A DNA stretch of 64,000 nucleotides from Amoebidium appalachense (taxonomy: Eukaryota > Protista > Ichthyosporea). The stretch spans positions 20,468,125 through 20,532,124 of the forward strand of contig CAVNZM010000001.1 of NCBI GenBank assembly GCA_963693365.1, given 5' to 3'. Positions 63,846 through 64,000 of the stretch are shown here, piece after piece (the first letter of the stretch is position 1; each line of letters begins with the position of its first letter). Made by a program: the position numbers and the translations under genes. Below the pieces are notes generated by a model. It did no database searches and was not told the origin of the DNA. It saw only the letters and a list, made by a program, of their open reading frames with translations.

Positions 63846-64000
63846 AGACCGGAAGGGGGGGGGGGGGGGGGGGGGAGGGGGGGAGGGTCGGTTGGATTAG
63901 GTTACAGAACCACACCAAATGGTCAAATAGTGAAAATAACAAGGGCACACACACAAAGTATTCAACATCAGTGGAGCCCAACCTCGGTAGTGGTCTGTGT
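62050..64000 (-). CDS. 3' part of an unknown protein gene continuing beyond the window; acidic/basic tail with NLS-like KRP..KKAK
   Basis: Phase-0 GT-AG exons ~63994-63955, 63396-63277, 62748-62689, 62229-62050, giving ..PLPRLGSTDVEYF MSVTPLDVVVDSHGRQHPFMTYKIPM.. GPVYVCRVTHTG.. DMGMLAQ..EKRPAEDD..IKKAKTDEH*. Family not recognised. Confidence 0.65.

Overview
Intron-rich eukaryotic genomic DNA saturated with (CA)n/(GT)n microsatellites and poly-C/poly-G tracts. Gene content suggests a unicellular opisthokont or holozoan, which is an inference. Nearly all ORF-track entries reading HTHT/CVCV/PPPP/GGGG are repeat artefacts. Splicing exons by hand with phase checks gives eight host genes: (1) the last exon of an upstream gene; (2) a DH-PH-RA-RhoGAP gene, i.e. 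ARHGAP20-like with an added N-terminal RhoGEF domain; (3) STN1 on the minus strand, with an apparent 1-nt frameshift in exon 6; (4) a MARK/Par-1 kinase; (5) ISCU; (6) a stand-alone Nup98-like FG nucleoporin with GLEBS but no HF|S autocleavage site and no Nup96; (7) an F-box/LRR-like gene; (8) the 3' part of an unknown minus-strand gene. The most unusual object is a ~2.9-kb element (54921-57812) in the divergent Nup98/F-box promoter. It has terminal inverted repeats and a TTAA duplication, as in DNA transposons. Inside it an inverted-repeat promoter-like cassette supplies the ATG for an intact, intronless, endonuclease-less LINE-type reverse transcriptase ORF, followed by (CA)n and poly(A).
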